From Eutreptiella sp. 'Long Island Sound 2002' (taxonomy: Eukaryota > Protista > Euglenida): a DNA stretch of 64,000 nt. A program made the translations under genes and the position numbers. The DNA lies in contig OZ038378.1 in NCBI GenBank assembly GCA_964036045.1, positions 118,048,001 through 118,112,000 on the forward strand, read 5' to 3'. The notes under the pieces are model-generated. The model saw nothing but the letters and a program-made list of their open reading frames with translations. It did no database searches and was not told the DNA's origin. Shown piece after piece: positions 23,527 through 36,212 of this stretch. How positions within the stretch are numbered: the stretch's first letter is position 1; each line of letters opens with the position of its first letter.

Positions 23527-24790
23527 GCCGATGACAATTTTGCCCCTAGGCTTCAACCCATTCCAAAAGCTGCAGCTAAGCCTGCTCCAACGCCAGCCCC
23601 AAAGGGCAAGCATGTGCAATTGTTTATGGTGCAGAACATACAATCCCCCATTTTCTACCAACCCCCCCCCCCAAGTGTACAAGAAACTCCCCCAATTTGT
23701 ACCCAAAAAAAACCCCTTGCTACAAACCCACCGCCCCTTTGTACCCCCCCAGCCACTGAAATAATCAACTCCCCCTTGGAATGCACCAAAAAACCGCACA
23801 TGCAGCAACAAAACCCACCTTTGTACCGAAAGGGCCCCATGATTGCCTAGTGTCACTTATGCAGCCCCACCCACCCACCCCCCTTTTCTCCAATTGACCA
23901 CTCATTGCTAAACTTCTTCTCCTCACCAAAACATGCCGCTTCCTTTGTAGGCACCCGTTGGTACCCCCCCCCCCCCTTTGGGAGGCAGTTTGCATGGAGT
24001 GGCTTTCTTTAATATTCATCTCAAACTTCTCAGGTTTCATCACTAGATGACTCGGATGTGTTTCGTGATAATGAATGCTCCCATCTGGATTCGAACAAGT
24101 CTACACCGCATCCTTAGCATCACACCACTCAGAATATTGCTCTCCGTGCTTGGCTTCGTAGGGTTGTGTATAATGTCTCGGTTTCATGTGTGATGAGGCA
24201 GGTCGTGTCTACATATTGTGTGGACGAAAGCAGCCGGTTCTGACTGCTTTCTTGCGCATCTTTTGAGGCCTTAGGTGGCTGATTTTCCTTTGCAACTGGC
24301 AAGAAGACCAATATGCGCCATTTCACGTGCAAACACATCAAACATGTGTACACACGTTACAACACGTCACAACAGGAACATAGCAAGAGCACAAGACCAC
24401 ACCGACCACAACACACATAAGGTTGTGAACGCACTAAGTTCACAATGCTCATCCTTGACACCCAGCCTTGAACACTTGCGAACCCCGACAAACTTCAACT
24501 GGCAGCGGAAGTCTCTTGGAATTTCAGCAATGTGTCTTTGTCCGATAGACGGGTCACATCCAATAAAGAGACCAAAGATGGGCTTGAAATGGCAACAATG
24601 TCCAGGGGTGAGAGGAAAATTGAGAGAAACAACCATGACTCCTGACACTACGTTTGATGTAGCCTGGCTGATTCATAGACCAATGATTGTTTTTGTTGTC
24701 CATGCAAACACTAACTGGCTTCCAAAGGTGTACCCCGCGGGGGCGAACCAACGGTCTTGATGCGTCCACCCCCCAGCTATCTTTCAAAAC

Positions 24791-24850
24791 TCGGGGGGGG
24801 GGGGGGGGGGGGGGGGGCAGGGGGGGCAGGGGGTAGTTCTGGGGGGGGGG
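24791..24850. repeat. Poly-G / G-rich tract
   Basis: Long homopolymeric G run with short interruptions. Confidence 0.9.
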
Positions 24851-25033
24851 TCAGCTGGGGGGTGTAGTGGGGGGATTTCGGCCGTGGGGGGGGTTTCCCA
24901 AGGTGGGGGGGCTTGCGTGCGACCCACTACTACCACATGCATACCTCCCGGCTGGGGGGTTGGGGGTACGGAGGTATGTATGTGATAATAGCGCTTTCTC
25001 GTCATTGCCGAGAAGAAAGTCTTAAGGGTCGCT

Positions 25034-26400
25034 GTGTTGCCCCTTGATAGCCCACTATCATGGGCCGACGTCGTGCCTTGGCTCAACAAACTTAGTGAGC
25101 CTTCAAGTCGGGGTGTTTTGGCGACTCAGAGGGACATCACCATGCATGGTGGCATGTGTGACCTACGGGCGCATGTGGACCTCTTGTATGGGGCGAGGAC
25201 GGTACCTACACCCCCTGTGTTGCAACCAGACAATCACCATTACGCATGGGTCACCATTGGTGTAGATGGCACCAATAGGTGGAATCGTGGATATGTACAT
25301 TGTGCACTAGGTGCCCCTAGTTGTGGACCTACGAACCTTGCTAGTTGGCGGTTGTTTGAAGGTGCGGATACGTGGAAGACGGTGTTTGCCTTGCACAATG
25401 TATGTGACTTTGATGGACAACTACGAGCTGCGGCAACGCTAAAGCTGCCATGGGATGATGGAGGGGTGCGTGACCATCGATTTTTCCCCAGGGCGGTTGG
25501 CAAGGCACACGTGTTGCTTGCTTGGGATGATGGCTTTGCAAAGCAAAGCCCGGGGGGCGTTTGTGTGCCAGTGTTGTAGCAAAAATGATGACACCGTCCT
25601 TCGACGCTTTGGCGGTGCGGAGGTCGCCAACGCTGGAATCGAGGGAACGGTACGTTTCACGGGAGCGTTCCGGGTCATCCCGGCTGACCGACGGATTCCC
25701 TACTATGGTGCCCATGGCGTCCTGAGAGTGTGCAACTCCGCCTTCTCAGGCACCGTGGGTGTGCTAACGGCACAAGGGGGTAAGAGCAGGGGCAACACCG
25801 CAGGATTGGTGCAGCGGGTTGTCACTGGGGCACGGAAGGCCCCCGGGACCGTGCGGCCCAGAAGATGGGGGGCTAAGAAGGCAACTGCCAAAGGGCATGT
25901 GCGCCTCGAGTTGGGGGCCGCCCTGCATTTTTTGAGGGCAAGGCTATGGGTCCGCTTGTTGCAAACAATGGGGGGGGAAATAGGTGGACACCAGTTGGGG
26001 GGAAAGGAATGGGTGGCTGTTTGCCATGAGGCCTTTGCGTCAATGTGCAAGGCGGCATGGAAGCAAGACTTCCTGGGCGCGCAAGAACAGTTGTGGCTGT
26101 TCCGGAATCAACGCACCATGGGGGTCAAGCACATTACCCTCAAGTGGAGCAAGACCTTGTGGACCTTGAATTGACCACCTGTATGCTTATGTGGCAAAGT
26201 GGGGGACATTGGCAACGTTTAGTTGCTTTAGTCTAGAGGGGAGCCCTGTACGGCTCAAGAGGATATTCAGGAAAAGTGGGGGGGTAAGCTTGTTGCATGA
26301 CAATTTGGGGCTCCAATGTGTGGCAGACAACCACACGTTGGATGACAATTCAAGGAACGAGGGGTGGGACCCGTTGAGTAAGGCAGTGACGAAACAAAGA
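25034..26400 (+). pseudogene. Transib/RAG1-like transposase family A copy 3 (most complete, at least 2 frameshifts)
   Basis: Motifs: AWVTIGVDG (Asp at 25265), RAVGKAHVLL (second-Asp position reads GTT/Val at 25496), FVCQCC, YGAHGVLR, HVRLELGAALHFL, and FSCFSLEGSPVRLKRIFRKSGGVSLLHDNLGLQCVADNHTLDD (Glu at 26236). Confidence 0.7.
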
Positions 26401-28220
26401 CGGTACAACAGGCGTTGTAGGGATTGGACGGGCTAGACGGGAAGGGAGGGGTAGGGCTGCAATGGTGGAAAGGATTTTGCGAAGAGCATTGCGGCGAAGG
26501 GCACCAAAGGGCTAAAAATACTTGACTTCTAACGTACTGCACACCTAGTGAGCCTTCAGTGAGCTTGCAGCCACCTTGCGGTGGACCCCAATGAGCTTGC
26601 AATGAGCTTGTAGTGAGCTTTCAGCCCGGAGGTGAAGTGAAGGTGAAGTGAACATTTCGGGAGGCAAAGCGGACCAATTTGCCTTTTCCGAAAAAGTACC
26701 CCCAATGTCACAGTACCCCAAAGTAGTTACGGGAATCACCTTGGGGGCATCCAAAGACATACGCGAACCCTCGATGGCAACAGTCTTGGTGGTACAAGTT
26801 CGTATAAAACAATACTCACACCAAATCACTCAGTTGGAGGCATGCACAAGCTGGACCTAGTGGTCAACAGGCCCGGGATGCACTCCAATACAACTTGATG
26901 CACACATCTCAAAACATTCATCATATTTCAATTGCACTCGGTGATAATAGTATAACATTCACAAACCATCATCAGAGATTGCACCGCTACCCTGACCGTC
27001 TTTGTCCCACAGCTCTGCGAACACTGCGCTCACACCTCCCCTCCCACACATAGGGGGCCACGTATTTCCGTATCGGGCCCTCATATTTGTAGCAAAATGT
27101 GGAAATGATAATAACTTGGTTATTACGAAAGTCTACCCATCATCACGCTTCAAACCGGCGTTGGCACGGCATGTGTCTATGTGGCCTCGGGAACGGTTGT
27201 ATCTTTATATGCATCAAGGGTGCGATTAGGGATGTCCAGGTGTACAGGTACGAACCTCCAACTGAGCTGCTGTCTGAAACCCCTGCCCACGTTGTCCGCC
27301 TTTGCCCTGTCCCGTCCCAGCTGCGCCAACCGAGCCTAGGTCCAGCCAAGAGTCATATAACTTTACTATTCTGAGTTATTCACTCATTTGTGGTGAGGAT
27401 GCCTTGCTCTTTGTACACATGAGTCCGTTACCACGGGAAGAAGCCGCATCCTTGCCCCAGTACCCATTTGGGCAAGTTCACTGCTGAGCGCATGCCACCA
27501 GCTTTTCTGACGCATGTTCAACACATTGTGAAGGGTGCTCCCTAGGTGCCATGCCCCTTTTTTGGGTTTCCATTGCCTCTCACCTCTCCCTTGTGTTACA
27601 ACAACTAATAGTGCGTTGTTTAGTGCAGTGTATCCAATATTCATTGGTTCCACCCTCAACCCCTTCCTCTCCTATTTCCTCTGCTCCTTGCTCTTTGCTG
27701 TCCGCCAATCTGTTGTGTGTTTGCCCCTTTCTTCTCCATCGAACCCCATAGACCCTAACCAACCAACTAATCCGTCGTACACTTGCTGCTTGTGGTGTAT
27801 TGAATGTCCACCCATTCGTCTCCCCTCCTGTCCCTGTTATCATCCATCTACGCCATGGCTCCATGGCCTTGCCCATGCTTGGAGTACCCAAAATATCCAT
27901 GGGAGTGAGTTTGCTTCACGTCACCTCTCCAAGTAGCAATGGTAGTCAGATTGGATTTTTTCCCTGAGCAGTCGCGCTATAGGGGTCATCGACTTTGGGA
28001 ATGGTGGACATCATGATGGTTTGGGCAAACCCCCCGGTTTTTCCCAAGCCTCCGAAACTAGTGAAAACTGACATTATGCGCATCAACAAACCCCCCCCTT
28101 TTTTTTCGGAGCCAGGAGCTAGGTGGCAGTGTTGACAATGGTAAACCCTTAATAGGCGCCCCCTGTTTTTACTCTTGCTGTCTTCCTTTGTGTCATGTTG
28201 CATATGCATTTCCGGATCAG

Positions 28221-28338
28221 CTGCTGATGGAATCCGGTAATGTTCAAATGAAGTACAGTGGAAACGGTCGTCGTGGGGGTATGGGGCCATGCCTAGCCCC
28301 GGAAGGATCTGCCATTGCACTTCTTGATGAACTACAAG
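28221..28338 (+). CDS. Putative host-gene exon
   Basis: Bounded by cag| and |gt. Open frame LLMESGNVQMKYSGNGRRGGMGPCLAPEGSAIALLDELQ. Confidence 0.35.
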
Positions 28339-30053
28339 GTGTGTGGCCAATGCATGCAGTCTGTTTGGGGCTGTAGGCTGCATGGCCGATGCCATTGAGG
28401 AAACGTCCCCCCTCCTGGCAGGGGGTGTGGGCGGCTTTAGGCACCAACCCTGCAGCCTGGTGAGGGCTTAGAGTGGAGGAGCCCGCTTCCTAATTGCTTA
28501 CCCCTTAGGCCACCGCGTCCTTGCCTTGAGTATGTTGCATAGAACATTGGGTGCAAACCACTTTTGTCTTATTTTACGTCAAAATTTGCCGGTTTACGTC
28601 CAACTTTTTGTACAATAGAGAAACCCCCCCCTTTTTCCAAGGGTCAAATTTTGGGTGTCATTTTTTAAATAACCCCCCCTTTTTTTAGGACCCCCCAAAA
28701 GTAGGCGAATCATCACCATGTCAGAAATTACCGATATTGACGACCCCTGTCGCGCTAACACTCAAAAAAAAATTCTGGCAGTACACTCGCGTAGACAAAA
28801 AAAATATACGGAAATTTTTTTTCTGAATGTTCTGCGAGCACACTCGCGTGACACTTGTCAACACTCCGTGACACTTCCCCCAGACTTTGTTTGCTCAATG
28901 TAGACCTTGTCTGCATGTTGTGGACACGAAGTGCCAATAGTTGGGAAGGGGGCCACTGACAGTGTTTACCTGTGCACAAATAAACACTTTTAAGGCACAA
29001 AGCACCGCCCGCTGAGTGAGGCTCCCTTTTGCAAAGAACAGCCCATGAACATCGTTTACCCATGCACACGGGCATGGCATGGCGGTTTGAAGTCTGTAGA
29101 CACTGTCTGCCCCAAGTAGACGTTGTCTGCTAATTGTAGACACTGTGTGCATGTTGCAGACGCAAAGTGCCAATATTTGGGGGGGGGTGCAAACAATCTT
29201 GACCTGTGCACCCAAAAATACTTTTAAGGTCTTTTAAGGTGCGAAGCGCTGCCAAGTGAGGCACCAAAGGCGCCAATGTGGGTTCTGGGCCCCTGGGGAG
29301 GGAGTGGGGGCTCAAAGTTGGGGGGGGGGGGGGGCATTAGCCTAATTTTATGCCCACTGGGGGGGGGGGGGGCATGCTATTGGAAAAAGTGCCGCCGTGG
29401 GGGGGTGACAGGATCCACCCCCCAACTCCCCTGGGTGGGCCTAAGTCGCTTGGGCGGCCGTTCTTCTCACTGCGGGAGCGTGCGAGAGCGGCAGTCCCAT
29501 CGTGTTGCATGTTCTTGGGAGTGGCAGCGCGGCAATGGCCGTTGTTGTGGCATTGGTAGGGTGGGTAGATGATGGTTCTGATGATGCTGATGGTGATTTT
29601 GCTAGCACACTCAGTGCACTCACAGGTCTGTTGCTTTTTGCATCATTCTTGGCAGGGCGGTTTTTCAAGCAATGTGCTATTGGGAATTCCCCGAAGTAGC
29701 TTGCAGAATGGTCAAACGTCGTATCAGGGAAGCGGATTCGGATTTGATCATATTTATAGCATGCTTAGCGCACCATGTCCTGGGCCAGGAACCATCACAG
29801 GGCACGATGCGCAAGCCAAGTTGCTTGTTCAAGCAACCAGAAAGCAACCAGAGGTGTTGTGTCATGTTACCAGTGTCAAGTATGGGATGCAGTATGGGAT
29901 GGGGTTTCAAGTATGGGATCTAGAGACGAGGGGTGCAGTTCTGCATTGCTTTTTGTTCTCAGAGATTTTGGCAACGCACTCTGTGTCTGCATCATGGACA
30001 TTTTGATCTCACCACCTCATGCTTCTATGCTGCCACGTTACACTTTTCCCGAG

Positions 30054-30364
30054 GCACCTCAGCAGCTCCTTGATGTGCTACTTCCAACCAAGGAGGACCC
30101 AGAGGAGAAAGAGGACCCAGCGCCCATGGACGACAGTGTTTGCTGGTCTCTCCTGCCTAAGAAGTTGATGGATGATGATCCCGATACGGCGTCCTCCGTT
30201 GGACTCTCGGAGTCGTGGGGTTCCAATCCCAACCAAGTGTCCAATGCCCAGACTCCGCAGATCCCCCATACCATGTCCGCTCCAGTTGACCCCAAGATCA
30301 ATTACGATGACCACGTCTACCCCTGCTCTCATCTCATCAAGTGGATCCAAGGCGTCATCGACAG
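30054..30364 (+). CDS. Putative host-gene exon (acidic/low-complexity then KINYDDHVYPCSHLIKWIQGVID)
   Basis: Preceded by pyrimidine-rich ttttcccgag| and followed by AG|gt. Open frame with coding-like composition. Confidence 0.5.
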
Positions 30365-31265
30365 GTCCCTGCACCCGCCATTTGGCTGTTCTTGCAGTGG
30401 AAACTCTGCAGGCAGCTCCACAGGTTGCTCACCAGGGGGGTTATGATGTTGCTTAAGGGCCCAGAGCGGCAGGTAGAGCCCCTCCCTTGTAACATCCCAT
30501 CAGCTGCACTAGGCCAGAATCTTGGGGTTACACCGACTGGGCGATGAGCCTCCAATGACATGGAAATGGCAGGGCAGTGGGCTGGTAGCCCCCCCCACCC
30601 CATTTCCTCCAACGCCCACACCGAACCAATCCGCTGGTGATGGAATGTGGAGATGTGCAACAGTTTAGCCCAATTATTACTTGAAATTTAAGACATGATG
30701 TGGTTCTTGTGTCATTTGTGAGCCCTGCTGCCCCTTTCCACAACCGGGCTACCCTTGGTTGTGTTGCGAACGGGGGGAATGGTCCTATGTGTTGGGATTG
30801 GATAACTCCCCGCCTCTAAATGGGTGTTAGTGCTGGCTATACCTCGTCCCTGACTCTAGCACTGGATGCTAGAACCCCGCAATGCCTTCAAGTGCAAGCC
30901 AACAGGACGGAGGCTGCTTGGCACCGGCTCAATGTTGAGTGCTACTACAGGGCAAATGCGGGCTCCAACATCCACAGCAAGAAAACAACGTGACGATGAA
31001 AAGGGTCCTTCGTCATGGCAGGCACCAACCACTGTGCCAGGGGTGCAGTGGATACTCAAACGAGACCGAGGAGAAGCACCAAGCGTGATTTGCTGCTTTG
31101 TTGGGATGTGGAAGAATCAACTCTTGTCTGCACCCCCACAGACGTCCTGCATCATGCTTCACCCGCATGCGGTCATGGCTAAGCAGAATGTGCACACTAC
31201 TGGTTGCACGTCCATGTGCAAATGAATGCAACTAAGTGGTACAACAACATGCAACGCCATTGCAG

Positions 31266-31325
31266 AGTATATGATGATCGCATCCATCACTGCCAACAAG
31301 GAGCAAGATAAGAAAGACCGACAGG
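31266..31325 (+). CDS. Putative short host-gene exon (EYMMIASITANKEQDKKDRQ)
   Basis: Bounded by tgcag| and G|gt. Its phase is compatible with a candidate exon starting at 31571 (DAMALNHSFSLNTKPIIYG). Confidence 0.35.
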
Positions 31326-31654
31326 GTTGGGGGGGGGGGGGGGGGCAGAGTCAGACCGGCAGACCCCTCACTTCCAATGCATCTCTGGGCACGCTACATC
31401 CCTACTCAAGTCAAATCCCAAGTGGTCCCCGTGAATATGGGTTTGATGAAATCCTAATGGGGTCCTTCTTCTTTCTACTGCATTGAGCCCGGAAGCTGGG
31501 GCTGAAGGGCCCAGTGATGTAGCGATGCCTCCTCTTCACAGTGATGTAGCAACGTCTCCTCTCCACAGATGCGATGGCACTCAACCACTCATTTTCCCTG
31601 AACACGAAGCCGATCATTTACGGAGGTTTACAGGCTTTTCGGCCCTCGGATCCC

Positions 31655-32280
31655 AGGTAGTGTAAATGGGTGTAAATTTTCCCCCAAAACGGCGTAAAAT
31701 CCTAAGAAAAGTGACTCCTTCTTGTTCGGCTTTTTTTTTGGGCGGGGGGCTTTTTTTTGCGAAATTTTTTTGCTGATCTGCCCCATTGGGTGAACCATTC
31801 GGTCTGTATTGTTTTTGATTTTTTTTGATGTTAATTTTTCTTTTGGACCTTGTGCGTGTTTTTTTTTCTTTTGTGGGGGGTTCAGTCACTCTTGGGTATG
31901 TTTTTTTACCCGCTCTCCCCTCTTTCAGCGCCATACAAGTAAGGGGGGTTGGGCTGGGGGACATAGGTTAGTTTGGTTGTGTGTTGTTGCACGGACCATC
32001 ACTAATGCACGTGACATGCACGTAGCATTTACATCGCATGCACTCTTGGGTGTCAATATCCGCGCGCGCCGGCGCTGCGTCAGGTGTTCCCCCGAATTTA
32101 CACAATCTACATTCAACAATGGACACAATTCTAGGTCAGAAATATCTGTAAGTGTAGGCAATAGCAAGCAAAGTACGTGAATTCCCAAATTTACACCAAA
32201 TTTACAAAAATTTCAAGGAATTTACGCCGTTTTCCGCAAGATTTACAACATTTTATGTAATTTACAGCGTAAATTGCCTC
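31655..32280. repeat. MITE-like segment with inverted GTAAAT/ATTTAC subrepeat clusters
   Basis: aaacggcgtaaaatcc (about 31688) and ggaatttacgccgttt (about 32218) are reverse complements with one mismatch. Confidence 0.6.
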
Positions 32281-32509
32281 CGCCCCCCCAAACTATAATC
32301 AGCTTGCTGAACACCACCCCCCTTCCTGTTTGTGTGCCAAGCCTGCCCTCGAGCCCCTTTCTCCCTTTCCGCAACCCTCCCCTGCAGTATTTGTAACCAA
32401 CAGTACCGTGCAAATCCTAAAGATTTGCGAAAATAATTAATTCCTGGCACAAGGCGTTGTTGTCCGCAAAAAAAATGAAACGCAAAAAAAAATTAATTAT
32501 TGGCTTCAT

Positions 32510-33125
32510 GCCTTACGCAAAAATGGGTTCCGCAAAAAAATCGCAAAAATAAAATAATTTTTGCCCCTGCCCCCGTTTTTGCAAGAATGCCAGAATCTCG
32601 GGAGAGTTTGCCCCACTGCTTGTTGTCCCCCTCTTCCGTGTCTCATGCCCCATTCGGCACCTTGCTTTGCTTTCAGAGAATGATGCATCCGGGATTGTCA
32701 CAAGTGTTAAAATAGTGGAATGTGGTGGTTGATGTGCCCCAAAGCAGATAAAGGGGCTAGTTCGGGATATTGGGTTGCCAGTCTTTTTGTGATCCAAATT
32801 TGTTTGTTGGTTGTTGGTACAAAGGAGTAAACCCGCGGGCCGAGGGTCTCTCCTGGGGGGACTGGTAGACCTGAACCATGCTTGTTGGTGCTTATCTGTG
32901 CTATGGACTGCAATCCTAGAGTCCAACTGATGGACATTTGTATGCCTATGTAGGAATGGACTGCAATCCCAGAGTCCAAGGTAGGCACGGTTTCTTGCAG
33001 TAGCAACAAAATGAATCAACCCCAAACCGCAAAAAAAAATTAATAATTTTTGGTCCAACACCCTACGCAAAAATGGGTTCCGCAAAAAAAACCGCAAAGA
33101 AAAAATAAATTTTGCCCATTTTTGC
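32510..33125 (+). repeat. ~60-bp direct repeat pair (about 32511 and 33061) in a CGCAAAAAA-rich repeat
   Basis: tacgcaaaaatgggttccgcaaaaaaa occurs twice. Confidence 0.8.
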
Positions 33126-33295
33126 CCATTTTGGATGCTGCCACAGAATTTTTGCTTATTGTTAATTCAAGACACCCAACGCAAAAATTAGGATTCCGCG
33201 AAACTTTAGGATTTGCACTGCACGGTAACAACCGCTTCCCAAACTGCTCCTGACGCCCTTTCCTGGGCATCATCCTCTTCCATTGGACGTTTCAG

Positions 33296-33665
33296 GAAAT
33301 CATGCTGCGTCGCGTTCCTCTGCGGGGCCTCCTGCAGCGGGAAGACCAGCCTCGCCCAGCAGACGGCTTTCTACTTTGGCCAAAAGGCCTTCATTGTGTC
33401 CAGCGACCTGCAGCAGCAGGGCACGCCGGGCAAGACACAAGACAATGCCAGCCTTCTGCAGTACGAATCACAGCTGGAGAGGGCCAAGACCCAGTCCTTT
33501 GCAATCCTCTATGATGACATGCATCTGAACGCTGACGACACCAAGAGGAAGTTCCAGCTGGCCATCAATGCAGGGGTGCCGCTGGGCAATGTGGGCTGGT
33601 TCGTGCTCGACAAGGGCCTTCCCGAGGATGACGAGGTGCTGCTGCTGGATAAGCGGCAGAAGGAG
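33296..33665 (+). CDS. Host-gene exon encoding a P-loop kinase-like domain (AAA_33/nucleotide-kinase type)
   Basis: Bounded by ttcag| and GAG|gt. Walker A FLCGASCSGKTSLA, then hydrophobic strand-Asp AILYDD. Strongly GC3-biased codons. Confidence 0.7.
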
Positions 33666-34379
33666 GTATTGTTACGTCCTCCACTACAACCGCCAGGGGG
33701 TGGGGGGGGCTCTTGCTGAGCATGGGCAGTCCTCCGGAGGGTCTGTCCGCACTCTGTGTCTGCCGCCTGGACCTGTGCGACCTGACTTGAAAAAGATTAT
33801 TGTAGTCGGAGAGACCGACCAGTTTCCCCTCGTGCCACTGTGGGGTACCCCCTCAACCACCACCACCATGCAGTGGTATGGCAGCATTATGCTGCAATGA
33901 CGAGCAGTGGGGCCAGCGTTCTACTGGGACCCACAAACATGCGCCTCCCTTTCCCCCATGTCCAGTAGACATAAGGCGAAATCAATCACCAAAAAGCACA
34001 TCACACAAGAGACAAAACATTGTACTGCGTGCGAACCTGTGGTGGATGTAAGATTGACATAATTACTTTGATGGGGGTGGGGGCTCTGTTGCGGGCCGTG
34101 ATTAGGAATTGCAAATTACGAAATTCCCACAAGAGTCCTTAGGAAAGGGCAGTCTGAGGACTTACGATGGCGTGTATGTTGTGATCCGTGTAATTTTTTT
34201 TTGCGGTAAATGTGTGTACAAACAAAATCGTCACGCCGTGTAATATTTTTTTGAGGTAATTGCCAGTAAAGCGTACTCGCGTTTGCCGCCAAAAGAATTA
34301 CACCATGACAATTTTTTTGTACGCGCATTGAGCGCAAAAAAAATTGCATGATTTTGGCGCAAAAAAAAAACTAAACGCT

Positions 34380-34670
34380 TGGGTAGCCAATCCGCCCACT
34401 TGTGGGCCACTGCTGATTTTCTCTACCGCTGTGAAGCGTTGGGGACCTTCCAGGTGGCAGGGGGTTATCCAATCTGCCCATTTGTGGGCCACTGCTGATT
34501 TTGTCCCCTGCTCTGAAGCGTTGGGGACCCCCCCTCCCCCGCTGATTTTGTCCCCTGCTCTGAAGCGTTGGGGACCCCCCAGATGGCAGAGTTTATGTAG
34601 CCAATCCGCCCACTTGTGGGCCACTACTGATTCTGTCCCCCCGCTCCAAAGTGTTGGGGACCCCCTAGAC
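34380..34670 (+). repeat. ~85-130-bp degenerate tandem units (ccaatc(c/t)gccca(c/t)ttgtgggccac...gaagcgttggggacc)
   Basis: Three near-complete units and one partial unit. Confidence 0.85.
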
Positions 34671-35984
34671 GGTAGGTGCACCTTCCGAGTCTCTGAGGAG
34701 CCGACCAAGCAGTGTGGCCACCAATTAGTTGGGATTCAGCCAATATAACATAGTGTCACATGGTGTAATTGGCACTAGAAACAAAACCAGGCTCAAGAAA
34801 AGAGTCCTGGCAGGGCCATGGCCAACATCAGTGTGCCGGCATTGGGAACAAAATCAGGCTCAAGAAAAGAGTCTTAACAGGGCCATAGCCAATGTTAGTG
34901 CCACCATTTGATTGGGACAGGGGCAGAAAGTGGCAAATATAGTGGCATGTTTATATGCTCCACCTTTGGTACACCAAATAGGCGGAGGAAAATGTAGTAA
35001 CGCGAAAAGCCTGGAAAAAAATGCACTCGCTACAAGTTGTTGCAAAATACACATTTGTAGATGAGGTCAGTCTTGGTATGGGAGGACTTGGGCTTTGCAC
35101 TAGGACTGGTGTTTAGCTAACAAGCCGCGCGGTGTCGACAACTACCAGGTGTGGACTCGGCGTCCCATCGTTAAGGGCCCTATGGGGTACCATACGGAAC
35201 CGGCAATGTACATATTGCATATGCATTGCAAAAGTTGCATTTGTTTTAATTTTCCAAAAATTTTGTTATAATTACACAACATTTTACACAATTATTTTTA
35301 TTATTATTACACATTATTATTATTATTATTATCATTATTTATTACACAATGATTTTTTTTTGGCTTAAATACACGCTTTACGTGGGTTAGGTTAGGTGTC
35401 TCTTTGCGTCTTGGCTAGTTTGGTGGTGCTGGCTGGTTAGGTGGTCGTGTTGGCTGTGGGTGCGTGCTGTGGCTACTGTGCTGCCCCGGTGGGCTGGGTC
35501 AGGCTCGGAGGGTTAGAGGGTGTGGGGCGTTCTTCACGTTCCTCACCGCAAAAAAAAAATACACGATTTTACCACAATAAAAAAATAACACGACTTGACA
35601 ATCTTTTTGTACACGAGTTACATTTTTTTCACGGTGATGGCTCATGAAGTGGCTGCAAAGCGGCCTCGGGTGAGTCACCTTGAAGAGAGGTTGTTAGATC
35701 AAGCGCGAGTGTGGACACCATGCACCCCCCTTTTTGGGGGTCATTCGCGTAGCACACCCCAAGGCATGATATTGGATGTCCAACCCCTTGTTAAATTATT
35801 GTTTTGCCCAACAAAAAAATCCCCCAAATGGATTTTTTGATTTTGAGACCACTATCCCCCTGAAACTGGATACCAATTTTTTGGGGGGGATGGGTGGGTG
35901 GGGGGGGGGGTCAAAAGTTTGTGGTTAGAAGGATTTGAACCAGGGTCGAGTATAATAAGGGCTCGAGGTCGATCAATCGGCCGA

Positions 35985-36058
35985 ACCGGCGGCCGGGAAT
36001 CGAACCGGTACTTGGCGAGCCAAAGGTCGGGTGTTCAACCACTCGACCATTGGGTATT
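35985..36058 (-). mobile_element. tRNA-derived SINE head or tRNA pseudogene
   Basis: The minus strand has box A TGGTCGAGTGG and box B GGTTCGATTCC at tRNA-like spacing. The anticodon and T stems pair poorly. A second box-B-like GGTTCAAATCC lies at about 35929-35939. Confidence 0.55.
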
Positions 36059-36127
36059 CCTGCTTGCCAGCAGTTCCCGAATGTTTGTAATTGTAGTCTG
36101 CAAACTGAAAAAAAGCCAAACTGTGTG

Positions 36128-36212
36128 TTTCTACCTGCCTCTCTGCCTGCCTGCTTGCCTGACTGACTGCCTGACTGACTGCTTGCCTGCCTGACTGACT
36201 GATTGGCTGACT
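36128..36212. repeat. GCCT/GACT tetranucleotide microsatellite
   Basis: The units are directly visible. Confidence 0.9.

Noticed and set aside
23383-23856. ORFs with poly-N, poly-V, poly-L or poly-T
   Set aside because: They are translations of the (GTT)n microsatellite.
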